DNA of 63,343 bases, filler included, from Blastocystis sp. subtype 4 (Eukaryota), in the NCBI RefSeq assembly GCF_000743755.1. It is 45 parts of 45 records of this genome, joined end to end, with 100 filler letters (N's around TTAATTAATTAA, not from the genome) between each part and the next. Parts side by side here need not be neighbours in the genome. Positions count along the whole stretch, not along the records: positions 11,669 to 13,001 come from NW_014568689.1; positions 13,102 to 14,509 come from NW_014568688.1; positions 14,610 to 15,935 come from NW_014568687.1; positions 16,036 to 17,443 come from NW_014568686.1; positions 17,544 to 18,867 come from NW_014568685.1; positions 18,968 to 20,290 come from NW_014568684.1; positions 20,391 to 21,711 come from NW_014568683.1; positions 21,812 to 23,131 come from NW_014568682.1; 37 more parts are not named here. The stretch is one strand, 5' to 3'. Below, piece by piece: positions 11,669-23,959 of the stretch; position 1 is the stretch's first letter, and every line of letters begins with the position of its first letter. The notes beneath the pieces were generated by a model that worked only from the letters and a program-made list of their open reading frames with translations, was not told where the DNA came from and made no database searches. A program made the position numbers and the translations under genes.

Positions 11669-13001
11669 ATGGAGAAATGGAGTGATTGGAGATTTGTCGA
11701 CTTCATCCACTGTTGAGAATTCATATATTGATTTGAAGTACTATGTTGTGACTCTTCCAGGTAAACAAATGCAGACTTCAACAGTAACGAGTCCAGTGAC
11801 ATTCCTTCAATCTGGAAGTAACACGATTGCTATTGCCATTGTTGCTATTGCTGACAGTTACACCACATCCTGCCTTCAGAACAATCTGAATCTCATATCT
11901 GGGAATTCACTGCTACATCTACTGGAATCAGTGGAACTGCTGTTAGTCCTTTCGATATGTATCATGGAACAACTATCCTTTCTTCATCCTGTACTGAGAA
12001 TTCTCTGATTGTGACTCTATCAAACAATCGTCGTGAATGGATCAGTTCTGTTCAGATTCAGATTCCTTATTACTCTGGTAGAGATCAATGGATAACTCAA
12101 TTCGTTCTGTATGGTCGTAACTCAGATACAGATGAATGGACACTTCTAACCAATGTGACTGGTCTCACTTATTCGTTTGCTGGTCAGAAGAGAAGAGTCT
12201 ATTTCCCTAACAATACTCCTTACAATCAATTCAAGTTTGAGAACTTTACTTCTGGTAATCCTTGTGATTGGAGAATTCAATCTCTGGATCTGTTTGCTGA
12301 TAATGTGTTGGTTGATATTCCTAACTTCACTTATGATTCTACTTCAGTCACTGTATTCAAGTATGTTGAGATGTCTGAAGTGATTCCTCAGAATGGAGAT
12401 GGTTACATGAACTTCAGAATCAATCCTTCTCTTCCTGCTGGTATTGTGTTGGATCCTTCTGGTTGGATCTCAGGTACTGCCACTTCTGAGAGTACTACTC
12501 AAACCTACACTATCACTGCTACTAAGATGACTGGAGGAGATGTGACTGCCACTATCTCTCTCAGTTACAGCATGTACTGGAGGCAAGGGGTTGATGACTG
12601 TTCGTTTTAGAGCTGATAGTTTTCCGGCTGAGAATTCATGGAAGCTGTATGAAGGAAGAGGAACCACAGGAGCTGTGTTGAGATCTGTAAGCGAGTTCCC
12701 TGTGAAGAATGCTTATTACTATGTTGATTTCTGTTTGAATGATGGAATCTACACATTCCAAGGAGCTGATTCATATGGAGATGGTTGGGATAATGGAAGT
12801 GGTTACACTCTGACTGTTGATATGGGAGAGATGGAGTTGGATATGAATGAAGTACCGAACACTGGTATGAAGCCTGTGATTGTGACCACTGTGTTCTCAA
12901 CGTATTTCCCTTTCCAGATTGAATACACAGATTGGAAGGTGATACAGAGTGATGTGTCAAGTGATTGGAATAGTGTGAGTTTCGATGATTCCACTTGGAA
13001 C
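11669..13001 (+). pseudogene. Ig-like surface protein family, segment B, frameshifted copy
   Basis: Same motifs as the other segment-B copies; deletions shift the frame near 11870 and 12565. Confidence 0.75.
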
Positions 13002-13558
13002 NNNNNNNNNNNNNNNNNNNNNNNNNNNNNNNNNNNNNNNNNNNNTTAATTAATTAANNNNNNNNNNNNNNNNNNNNNNNNNNNNNNNNNNNNNNNNNNN
13101 NCTTCATCATTACCATCTTATCAATATCAATCAATTCGATGTCTTTCTGTCGTATATCAAGTGATAATTGATCATAGAAAGAGTAGGAAGAAAAGAAATC
13201 CGAGAATCCTTGTAAAACAACACTGAACAGAATCACAAGATTAAGAATCATTCTAGAATCACATGTTTGAATTCTCTATATTACTCCCTCTAATGATAGA
13301 CCAGTAGATCATAACATTTGATTGATATCAAAGCATTATCCATTTCCATATGAATGTGTATTTGTCTTCTCTTTCTCATTGTCATTCTATCAGTTATCAC
13401 AGATTCATTGTAACAATAGAAATGGATAGAATCAACAGAAATGATTGTGAGAAATGAATAGATAGTTGATGAGATTCTATTGACAATAGAATAAGAGAAG
13501 AATGATACTAAGTGTTGAAGATGAAAGAAATGATAGTATGAAATGGAATATTGGTTTA

Positions 13559-14104
13559 TTAGAATGAAATCAAGAACTGAATATCGATATTGGAATGAAT
13601 TCTATCATTATGAACAATGGTTGATAGTCTCAATTTGGATTCAAACATTGATAGATAATCATTGAAACTGTAGTTTCCATTTGGTATAACCACATTGCTA
13701 ATTGTACTATCACCATCACTCACTACTAGCTTGTTATTCGTATCATTGACTGAATATTGTTTGACAATGTTAATACCACTCATTTGATCATCTTCAATTC
13801 CTAGAATGTTCTTGATTTGATGAGCATTTGAGAAATCAATGGATTGAAAATCAGTGATATGAACTTTGTAAGTATCTTTCCCTGATATCACTAGATTGAA
13901 TATTGCATTTCCAGTATTGAGTTTATCCATCAATTGATTGATATCCCATGTTCCTGGATTGAATATGATTTGAGCACCATCAATAACAACAATCTGAGTG
14001 GATGTGATATTGTGTATTTTGGCATCTGCAAGAAGAGATAATCGAGTGATATAACTGTTGTTAGGGAGTTGAATATCATTATTGAAATTGTAGTATATGG
14101 ATTG
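13559..14104 (-). CDS. Polinton/Maverick-like minor capsid (penton-like) protein, 5'-truncated
   Basis: Frame is open from 14104: ...KIHNITSTQIVVIDGAQIIFNPGTWDINQLMDKLN...IKNILGI...VVIPNGNYSFNDY; the I.PG.Y/W and ILG motifs are typical of penton proteins; intronless. Confidence 0.5.
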   Translation of the reverse strand, partial: QSIYYNFNNDIQLPNNSYITRLSLLADAKIHNITSTQIVVIDGAQIIFNPGTWDINQLMDKLNTGNAIFNLVISGKDTYKVHITDFQSIDFSNAHQIKNILGIEDDQMSGINIVKQYSVNDTNNKLVVSDGDSTISNVVIPNGNYSFNDYLSMFESKLRLSTIVHNDRIHSNIDIQFLISF

Positions 14105-14149
14105 TTAATAGGAATGGTGATGTTTGTGATATTGATGAGATTGAGTTGA

Positions 14150-14509
14150 ATGACATCTTTGTACAATGTGAAGACAACGAATACAGTAGTAGCTCGAAAT
14201 GATTCAGGACCAAAGAATATCATTGTTGAAGCAGGATACTATGATCAAGAACCATTAGAAGAGATGTTTGATTCATATCTAACATTCACAGAAGATGATA
14301 TCCACATCCTTCTGGTCCTGCTTATGATTTAGTATTTCAACAAGCACCTGATTTGAGTCGAATATTGGGATTTGATGAAATTCAGGCAAGTGGTGTTAAA
14401 GGAAAAGGATCAGTAGATGTATCAAATGGATTGAATTGTATTCGAATCTACAGTAATCTGGTAAAGCAGATGATATCATTTGAAACAAGTCCATTAGTGG
14501 ATTGTATGA
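14150..14509 (+). pseudogene. Polinton/Maverick-like minor capsid (penton) protein, frameshifted
   Basis: LYNV...IIVEAGYYDQ...(frameshift at about 14297-14330)...LSRILGF...VDVSNGLNCIRIYSNLV follows the penton motif order. Confidence 0.6.
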
Positions 14510-14609
14510 NNNNNNNNNNNNNNNNNNNNNNNNNNNNNNNNNNNNNNNNNNNNTTAATTAATTAANNNNNNNNNNNNNNNNNNNNNNNNNNNNNNNNNNN
14601 NNNNNNNNN

Positions 14610-15935
14610 GGTTCATCATCTTTCGCTGCTTCTCGTCGATCAATTCATGAGAAGGAAGAGGAAGCAAAACGTCAATCTCAGCGAGATGAAGCTGAGTTGA
14701 GTAAGAATACTCCTGATGCTTCCAATGAGAATGGTGCATTGACTACAGAGGAGACGAAGGTTGCTGGTAAGATGTCATGGGATGTGTATAGTTTCTATCT
14801 GAAGGCTTTTGGTCGGATTCTAATGAGTATTGTGATCTTTGGATTCCTAGCGGCTGCTATTTTCTATGTACTCTCTCAATTCAAGTTGGCTGATTGGTCA
14901 GGCGAAGAGTCGTGTGTTACCTTCGATGAGGAATGTAAGGAGAAGACAAATGGATACATTCAGAGTTATTTCACTCTCATTATGCTCTATGCTGCCTTCA
15001 CTATTCTACGAGTGATTCTATTCATCCCAGGTCGTATTCGTGCTGCTCAGAAGGTACATGATCGATTAGCTGATGTTATTATTGATGCTCCTGTGGCTTT
15101 CCATGATGTAACCCCTGTGGGTCGTATTCTGAATCGATTTAATAAGGATATGTCAACTGTGGATGCAGAACTTCCTCATAGCTTAACTATGTTCCTTCAA
15201 CAGGTTTTCTTGTTACTCTCTGATTGTCTCTGTATCATTTTCTCTACTAATGGATGGATGGCTGTGGTTCTAGTGCCTGTATTCATCGTGTATTACATTA
15301 TTCAGAATTCCTTCCGACGTTCCAATACGGATATTCAGCGAATTGAGTCTCTCACTCGAACTCCTATCTTTTCTGACTTCCAAGGTGTCTTGTTGGGATC
15401 ACCTTCAATTCGTGCATATGGCCATCAGGAACGTTTCATTGATGGTATTGAGAAGAAGCTTGATACAAACAACAATTGTATGTTGATCTTCCAATGGGCC
15501 TCAGCGTGGCTAATGGTCCGATCGGATTGTATTGCGGCTATAATGTCATTCCTGATTGCTGTGATTGCGATTCTGGGTCCTTCTTTCATGAGTGCTGCTA
15601 TGCTGGGTCTGGCACTGACTTCGAGTTCCAGTCTGAGTAATCAGATGAAGCAAATGGTTCGTATGTTGGCTCAGACAGAAGCTCAGATGAACGCTGTGGA
15701 GCGTATCAAGGAATATATTGATACTGTAAAGCCAGAGCCTCCCATGATTACTGATGTGCGTCCTCCTCAGGACTGGCCTAATGAGGGTCGCATTGAATAC
15801 AAGAACGCAAAGCTGCGCTATCGTGATGGTCCTCTAGTGATGAAGGGAGTGAACCTTACCATCAATCCTCATGAGAAGGTTGGTGTCGTGGGTCGTACAG
15901 GTGCTGGAAAGTCAACAATGATGATTGCTTTGTTC
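14610..15935 (+). CDS. ABC transporter, ABCC/MRP subfamily (second TMD and start of NBD2)
   Basis: FHDVTPVGRILNRFNKD, AVERIKEY, WPNEGRI, Walker A GRTGAGKS. Confidence 0.95.
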
Positions 15936-16035
15936 NNNNNNNNNNNNNNNNNNNNNNNNNNNNNNNNNNNNNNNNNNNNTTAATTAATTAANNNNNNNNN
16001 NNNNNNNNNNNNNNNNNNNNNNNNNNNNNNNNNNN

Positions 16036-17443
16036 ATTGGGTGATAGTAATACATATTTGAAATGGCAAAATCAAAGATATACAATGCCTGTTCCTGTAG
16101 TTGTATATGCAGATTTTGAATGTTGTATTGATAAAGACAAACAACATAAACCTATTCTATTATCATGTGTTACTGTATCAAAGATTGATAATGTGAAAAC
16201 AGAATACAAAGTGTTTCATGCTGAACATGAAGATGAAAGAGATTTGATACCATTCATTGATTATCTGATACATATTAAACAAGATGCTTCTTCCTATTTG
16301 TTTGATGAGACAAATCTGGAATGGAATGTTGATGTTGAAAAGGATTATGATAATACTAGTATATGTCCATTTTGTAATTGTGGTATTGGTTTCAAAGATG
16401 AAGTTGATCATAATAAGATAAGAATGAGTAGTTGTAGTAAGGATATCTATTTCAAAGAAGGTGAAATTGAAGAATTGATGAAAAGAAGAGGAGATGCAAT
16501 GAATTGGTATGCAGATGAATTAGAGAAACGTCGTAATGCTGATCCATTCTATCAAAAGCAAGTCCGTATGAAATTCCTTGAAACAATGGTTTTGGATGGT
16601 AGAGCAAATGATAAACAAGAGAATGAGTATGAACAATTGAAGAAAGAAACACGATTAGCAGAACGTGTCAAAGTGAGACATCATGCTCATGTATCAGGAG
16701 AATACAGTAATGGTGAATGTGTACGTTATTATAAAGCAGGAGAATACATTTGTACATGTTGTGATAAATGCAATTTGCAATTATCATTCAACAAGAAGTA
16801 TTACAAACTTCCTGTGTATTTCCATAATGGTATGCGTTATGATAATGCTTATATCATGAGACTATTAGGTAAGTATAAGGCTTTACATCCAAAAGCAGGC
16901 AAAATTGAAGAGATTCCTAGTTCAATGGATAAGGAAATGATGATTGAAATGAATGGTATTCAATTCAAAGATTCATACAAAATGATTTCTGCTCCTTTGA
17001 AACGTATTGTGAGTGATACTCTTGGAAATGATTTGGAGAATTATCGTTATACAAAACGATTATTGAAAGAGTATTTGGAAGATCATAACAAATCATATGA
17101 TCCAAAATTCATTGAATTGATGACTCGCAAAGAACCAATGTTCTATGGTTTGATTACATCTTACAAATCTCTATCAACCAGACACATTCCAAAACAAGAA
17201 GAATGTTATGATGATTTGTCACAATCATTTATGTGTAATGAAGATTATGAACATATGAGATTGTTATGGAAGACATTTCATATTCGTAATTGGGGTGAGT
17301 ATTATGAATTGTACAATCTGTTGGATGTGACATTACTTGCAGATTGTTTTGAACATTTCCGAGATTCAACTATGAAATCCTTTGGTGTTGATTCTGCTCA
17401 TTATCTAACAACACCTCAAATGTCATATTCATTGTTTCTGAAG
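16036..17443 (+). CDS. Protein-primed family B DNA polymerase of Polinton/Maverick type (exonuclease region with endonuclease VII-like Zn module), fragment
   Basis: YADFE, CPFC...KVRHHAHVSG...CDKCNL, YFHNGMRYD, FKDSY, YNLLDVTLLADCFEHFR, DSAHYLTTP; intronless, very AT-rich, open across the contig. Confidence 0.9.
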
Positions 17444-17999
17444 NNNNNNNNNNNNNNNNNNNNNNNNNNNNNNNNNNNNNNNNNNNNTTAATTAATTAAN
17501 NNNNNNNNNNNNNNNNNNNNNNNNNNNNNNNNNNNNNNNNNNNATAAAATGATGATTTGAATGGGATACGTTGAATGAGAGATTATCAGAGATGACACAA
17601 TTCATATTCAAATCATGATGATTCGATATAGAATGAGATGTGTTGTGGATGGTTTGAGTTGATGAATAGGAGTACAATCAATCACTTCAATCTATCTCAT
17701 GTATTCACATAGGATATGAATGATATCATCAATATAATACACACCATTCTCTCTTATCCACTTATCATCCTATTCATCACCACAATTGTCATTGTTTTCA
17801 TCATTCAATCCTCTCTACTTCCATTATGAACAATGAATGAAATGATATGATATGAAACTCAGCATCCATGATTCAAGAATGAATGACAAGATTGTTTCAT
17901 TCATTATTAACAAATACAATCAATACCTTAGTATATTACACAACTAGCTGATAACCTTTTATTGAAATGAATGATAGGTTGAAGATTAGAAGAATCTGA

Positions 18000-18867
18000 T
18001 TCTTGTGGACTACTCTCTTTCTTTGGTACATTTCTACTTTGTCGAATGAACTGATGAAGAGATCCAGCATCTCAATCATTATTGATCAATCAACCATACT
18101 AGTACTATTCAACTGCCACACATTATTGAATGAATCATCCAACTTTATTCCATCTTCAGTGAGTGATGGAATATCTAATTCAAATTCAATCATCAATAAT
18201 CACTCTCCAATTGAACTTTGCCTATCCTATTGAAATTGACGATGCCATCAATTCGAGATAGAGAAGGAAGATCTAATCAATCAATCATCATTATCACTCA
18301 TACTCTTCATTATCAATTCATTCGATTCAACAGTACTACCATCACCACCAAAAGCATATGATCCATCAGTGATGGATTGAAGTCTAGTCAGATCTTATTT
18401 ATCATTCATTCAATCATTCATACTCTCAAATACTATCCTATGACAATAACTGAATACATACCAGCCCAATTCAATGAATATGAGTGAAGGGAGATTCTTA
18501 CATTCAAATGATTCATACCTACTACATGAATCCCTTCCAATGTGGATCTCTCTTAACTGATAACAATTCATTATCAAACATTTGCTTCCTTCTCTAGGAC
18601 TATTATTGAGAGAGAAACATTTCCATCCAATGCTGATAGTCTCCAATCCATTCAATCCATCAATCACAAATTGATTCACTTTCTCCATACAAGCATACCT
18701 AATGTCAATTCGTTTCAATGATATCAATGAATAGTTCAATATCAATGATGATATATCAGGATTGAAAAGATCAGCAATAATCAGAGATTCAATACAACTA
18801 GTAACAATCAATTCACAATCATCAATCCATTTCATTCTCATATCATCATTAACATCAATAATAACAT
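18000..18867 (-). CDS. LRR protein family 1, C-terminal part
   Basis: MKWIDDCELIVTSCIESL, LRR units and the same intron pattern as 8764-9549. Confidence 0.75.
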
Positions 18868-18967
18868 NNNNNNNNNNNNNNNNNNNNNNNNNNNNNNNNN
18901 NNNNNNNNNNNTTAATTAATTAANNNNNNNNNNNNNNNNNNNNNNNNNNNNNNNNNNNNNNNNNNNN

Positions 18968-19046
18968 GATAAGATGAGAGAATTGAGGAAAGAACTGATG
19001 AAAGAGATTGAAAGAAGAAATGGAATTGTGATATCTCTTGTTTGTT
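18968..19046 (+). CDS. 3' end of a DUF1647-like paralogue with its GU-rich element
   Basis: KMRELRKELMKEIERRNGIVI followed by T-CTCT-TGTTTGTT. Confidence 0.65.
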
Positions 19047-20390
19047 ATCAATGAATGAAGATGATTTGATGTGGAATTGATGTGAATATGAACAATAGAA
19101 CTGATTCTTAACCAATTCCGTCATTCGATTGTGTTACCACAACAGAATGATTAAGCAAACAGTGTTATCGAATGAATGCATCATTTCAGAATGTGATCAA
19201 CAGATCAAGTTACACAAGAATATCCAACTGTTAATGTACGCAGTAGAGAATGAAATGGAATCACAGCTAGTGTGATTATGATTAATAGTCATTAGATGGA
19301 TGAGTAATTATACTAAATACCAATTGAGCAGAATATAATGAGAAACGAGAATACTTATCCTAACAATGGATATATAAGATATTGTAATTGTTTTCCAAAT
19401 CAATTAGTACTATTCTTAATTCATTATTATATTCATAATGACAAAACACTATGTTATATGAGCTCTTAGATGCGCTGGAGAGAACAGAAAGTAATTTGGA
19501 TACGAAATGATCATTGGATTCTTTTCAAGAAAGCCTTCACCAAATGGATTGACATTTGTTCCTATCAACTGTGTGATACTAGATTTGCAAATAACTACTC
19601 TATTGAAGGGGGAATGAACGAAAATGGATGAAAGAAGAGAATTGAAAGACAATAGAACTATGCAACTGGAGACAATACTACTTGGTGCTAGAAGTTGTTA
19701 TTCTTGCTATTGATATCTTTAGAGCCGCATTCAAATAACATCTCATTAAGACAAATCTATCATCAGTAGAAGGGAAGATGGTTGGATTCAATCATCAAAA
19801 TGTTGTTCTGATATTGTTAATGATTTCGTTGGTAGTATCATGAATAATAGTAAGATTAAAACCTTTACTACAAGTGAACACCAAAGTCTTGGACACTTGT
19901 TGAAATAGTCACATAGTACAAATCTGTAGTATTATCCATTGTGGGATTCTTGGAGTAATAAGAAAGTGATAACTTATGTCTCCTGCCTCTCGATGAGGAG
20001 GAATTCACTTTCTATGCTGATTGGCATCCTGATGAGTTCGAGGAGATCACTACTACCAAACAGAGATACTCAGAAATCATTACTCCTATTCCCTCTACTG
20101 TTCCTGTGTACAACAATTCAAATCTCCGTTATCTGATGCCCTCAATGTGTTAATCATTCCTTGTGAACCTATCCAACTCAGACTTCCAATCACTTCTTCT
20201 GAAACGAATGCCAATTATGGAGGAATTGCTGGATATGCATTTGGAATTGAACCACTTCATTCATCTGTTTGTTCACAATCACTCTCAACANNNNNNNNNN
20301 NNNNNNNNNNNNNNNNNNNNNNNNNNNNNNNNNNTTAATTAATTAANNNNNNNNNNNNNNNNNNNNNNNNNNNNNNNNNNNNNNNNNNNN

Positions 20391-21711
20391 GAAGTAGGGA
20401 ATGATCCTCTAGCAGCCTGAGACCAACCTGATGTATCATCACCAAACCAATTGTTAGGCACTTCACCCATCTTATAATACCATTGTTCTAAAACACTGAT
20501 AGAAGGACGACGAAGATAGTGAGTATGAACATTGCCTTGATAACTGTCATATCGTCCTTTCAGAACCATCTCCTCTTCATCATCAGGAAGCAGAGCATAC
20601 ATATAGAAATACGAACCAGAATACCAATAGGTGAAGGTGGAATAGAATGTGACATCAAATCGATCCACAGAAATACAGAGATAATGAGTCCAATTTATAT
20701 TAGCAACTTGATTATGGTCTGGTTGAATCTCAAAGAGAATATCATTGTTGGATGAATCACGAATACTGAAATACTCACTATGTGGATTTCCTTTATTCGT
20801 TCTGAGAATCTTGTAGAATAATCCTGAACAGTCATTGAATGCAATAATAAGTGAAGCCTGAAGTTGAATAGATCCTATGACTGATGTGACTAGATATGAA
20901 GTTGAAGGAGTGGTAACAGTTGATATTCCAGAAATAATGCATGTGTTGGGATCAATGGACACTCCGTCAGGAAGTGCAGGTGAGATTGAACAACCACTTA
21001 GACCATGCATTGTAGGTGAAATATTCACTTCCTCATATTTAATATAATAGGAATACTGAGTTTGAGGATAAGAAATAATGGTAGGAGGAATACGATTACA
21101 AACAAGGAGCTGGAATTCATACACCTCTACAGATTTCGATTGAACATTGAATCGAATCCGAGAATACTTGGGAAGTGCTGTAATTAAATCCCATTGAGCC
21201 CATATGTTAGCTGTATAAGAGTGATCAGAAACAGTTAAAACGGTTTCCCAATTTGATAGTGTTGACATTGCACCATCAATCGAAAAACTCTTAGGACTTA
21301 ACAAGTAGTATGTATAGGGCCACAAACGGAATGAATTAATTAGAGGAAGAGAAGAACCTGATATCTCAAAAGTGAGTGAACCAGGAGGAGAAGAGAGATA
21401 GGCTGCTGTAGCATGTGTATATGATATAGCATTGACAGGATTTGTGAATCCTGTAGCAGTAACAGTTAACTCATTTGGAACGACAAAACAATTGTTTGTT
21501 GAACTCATACCAGCCATTAATGAGATGAATCCATCAAATTCAATATAGGCAGAATAATTCATACTCAGAGGATGGACTTCAACAGCGATAATATTCGACA
21601 CAGTCACATCAGTAGCAGGACGAATGAGTCCATGATAACCATACGATGTATAGCTTCCTGTAGCTACAGTACTGTTTGTTGGTGTTCCATCAGCCATGTT
21701 ATCTCGATACA
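20391..21711 (-). CDS. Ig-like surface protein family, segment A, fragment
   Basis: YRDNMADG, PALPDGVSIDPNTCIISG, QWYYKMGEVP. Confidence 0.8.
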
Positions 21712-21811
21712 NNNNNNNNNNNNNNNNNNNNNNNNNNNNNNNNNNNNNNNNNNNNTTAATTAATTAANNNNNNNNNNNNNNNNNNNNNNNNNNNNNNNNN
21801 NNNNNNNNNNN

Positions 21812-23131
21812 TTGTTGAATGAAGTGATTATTGGTGAGAATAGTCTGAGTTCATTGAGTCATTCGTGAGGAATTGAGTGTTGATTGATGACTAGATACAC
21901 AGTGAATAATTGGGATTCATATTTGAGTATTCCTTTGTATGTAACTGCACTGACTGTAACTGCCAATTCATGTAATGAAGATAGCATTAATGTCATTGAT
22001 CTGAGTTCATTCAAGTTTCTTCGAAGTGTTGTGATTGGTAATAGCTGTTTCAAGTATGTTCGGATATTCTCGATAGTTGGACTCAATTGGCTTGAATCAG
22101 TCAGTATTGGCACTTACAGTTTTGGGAGTGATGGTTCATTATGGGAGGGCAGTGAATTCAAGATTGTGAATTGTCCACAATTGAAGAGCTTGAGTATTGG
22201 ATATCGTTCATTTGGTCGATACAATGGATTTGAATTGTCTGAGTTGCCTCAACTGATATCTGTTGTAATGAGCAGTCTGTATGATTATGGTTGTTTTCGA
22301 TATGCTCGTAAAGCAGTATTCAGAGGTATGAATGATGGAAGAGATGGATTGTAGACTTGCCATCATTGGAGACTATTGATCTAGGAAATACTGCCTTCCA
22401 GTGGCTAGAATCTGCTGTATTTGAAAGTATGTGATAATAGGAATTGAACATATCAGATCTTCCTAAGTTGACAGTGTTACGATTACGAGAATATTGCTTT
22501 GTTGGTTCGACTTCTACAAAGATAACTGATGTAATTCCCTATTACTATAAGAATACTCTTATCATGAGGAGTATGTATGTTAACAGTTCTAATCATCAGA
22601 TCTACCATCTTTGAGGACACTAAGCATTAGTTATGATGTATTTAGGAATATGGGTTTTGTAACGTTAGAAAGTAACACATTTGGAACTATCAAACAATAG
22701 ATGTTCGATCACCTCTCACTATTGAAGTATCTGGTTCTAATCATTTCCAATACACTCACACTCTTGAAGTGAATAGTTGATGATTGTATTGTTGATTGAG
22801 ATGTAGATGCATCTAGTCTTGCTCAGTTGATATCATCCAAAAGTGTTTATGTGAAAGCAACAGGTGAAGTGATTGATCTCAGTTCAATTCCATTATCAGT
22901 TGAGGATCTGAGGTTTGAGGATTATTCTCAAGTGGATTCAACTGTTCTATCATTCAATCTGTCTCCATTCTCTCATCTCAAATCCGTCACTATTGGAGAT
23001 GACTCTTTTGATTCACCAATTGAGTTCATAGTCAATGGACTGAATGAATTGATTTCAATTCATATTGGAATGAACTCATTCACAAGAAGCAGAATGTCTC
23101 GTGCTGAAAGATGGAGTCGAGAGTTTCATGT
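21812..23131 (+). CDS. LRR protein family 2 (BspA-like), internal fragment with six tiny introns
   Basis: LRSVVIGNSCF and LESVSIG repeats; introns include 21865-21894 and 22326-22354. Confidence 0.75.
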
Positions 23132-23231
23132 NNNNNNNNNNNNNNNNNNNNNNNNNNNNNNNNNNNNNNNNNNNNTTAATTAATTAANNNNNNNNNNNNN
23201 NNNNNNNNNNNNNNNNNNNNNNNNNNNNNNN

Positions 23232-23899
23232 GCTTCTGTTCAATGGCATTATTGAAGTCAGATCCGAAGGCCAGATGAGTAATTGACACATCATCCAACT
23301 TGATGTGATACTTCTCAGCACGCTCCTCCAAAAGTTCACTGATACGCTCAGAAACCTTTTCTCGTTCTGTTAACAACTGTTCGGCGTTGTATTGAGCTAC
23401 TACTGCCTTCATGATCTCATTACCAAGAGAAGGAAGCACACGATCACGATAATCAGGACCTACTTCACGATGAATTGTCGACAAATGATCCAAATCAGGA
23501 TGTGTCAACACTCGAAGAGAAATGCCCACTGTTTGCAAATCCTTTGTACCAGTCTCTGTAGAGATCTCACGAGGAGTGGTACGAATATCATAAATGTAAG
23601 GGTACTTACACTTCACCAAACCAACCATTTCCTACCTGAATCAGAGGAATTCGGAAATGAGTTCCCTCAGCAACTGTTTTAGGCAATACTCCACGGAAAC
23701 GATCGAAGATGACAGCTCGTTCGCCTCCATCAACTACAATCATTACATTTCCAGTCTAATCAAAATCTACCATCGTAAATACACTGATCGAAACAGACCA
23801 AACCGGCTCCAATACCAATGGACCATTTTGCTACCTTTGTTAACTAGAATTCATTATAGAACGTTCAAACAATCCTACCATACGAGCAGCCTCTGCCAT
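23232..23899 (-). CDS. PHB1: Prohibitin 1, 5' part
   Basis: Spliced: MAEAARMLTKVAKW...[18 protein letters not shown]...[22 protein letters not shown]...GTKDLQ; introns 23844-23878, 23734-23770, 23605-23635. Confidence 0.9.
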
Positions 23900-23919
23900 G
23901 CTTGCTTTCAATCGTTAGT

Positions 23920-23927
23920 AACAAACA
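23920..23927 (-). promoter_or_regulatory. GU-rich polyadenylation element (TGTTTGTT) of RPS6
   Basis: Exact motif 32 nt after the RPS6 stop. Confidence 0.65.
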
Positions 23928-23959
23928 AATGTCATGATTACTGTGGCAATTCCATCCTT

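Noticed and set aside
14610..17443. ABCC transporter as cargo of the viral element, or any operon-like reading of neighbours
   Set aside because: Separated by a spacer, so the order is arbitrary
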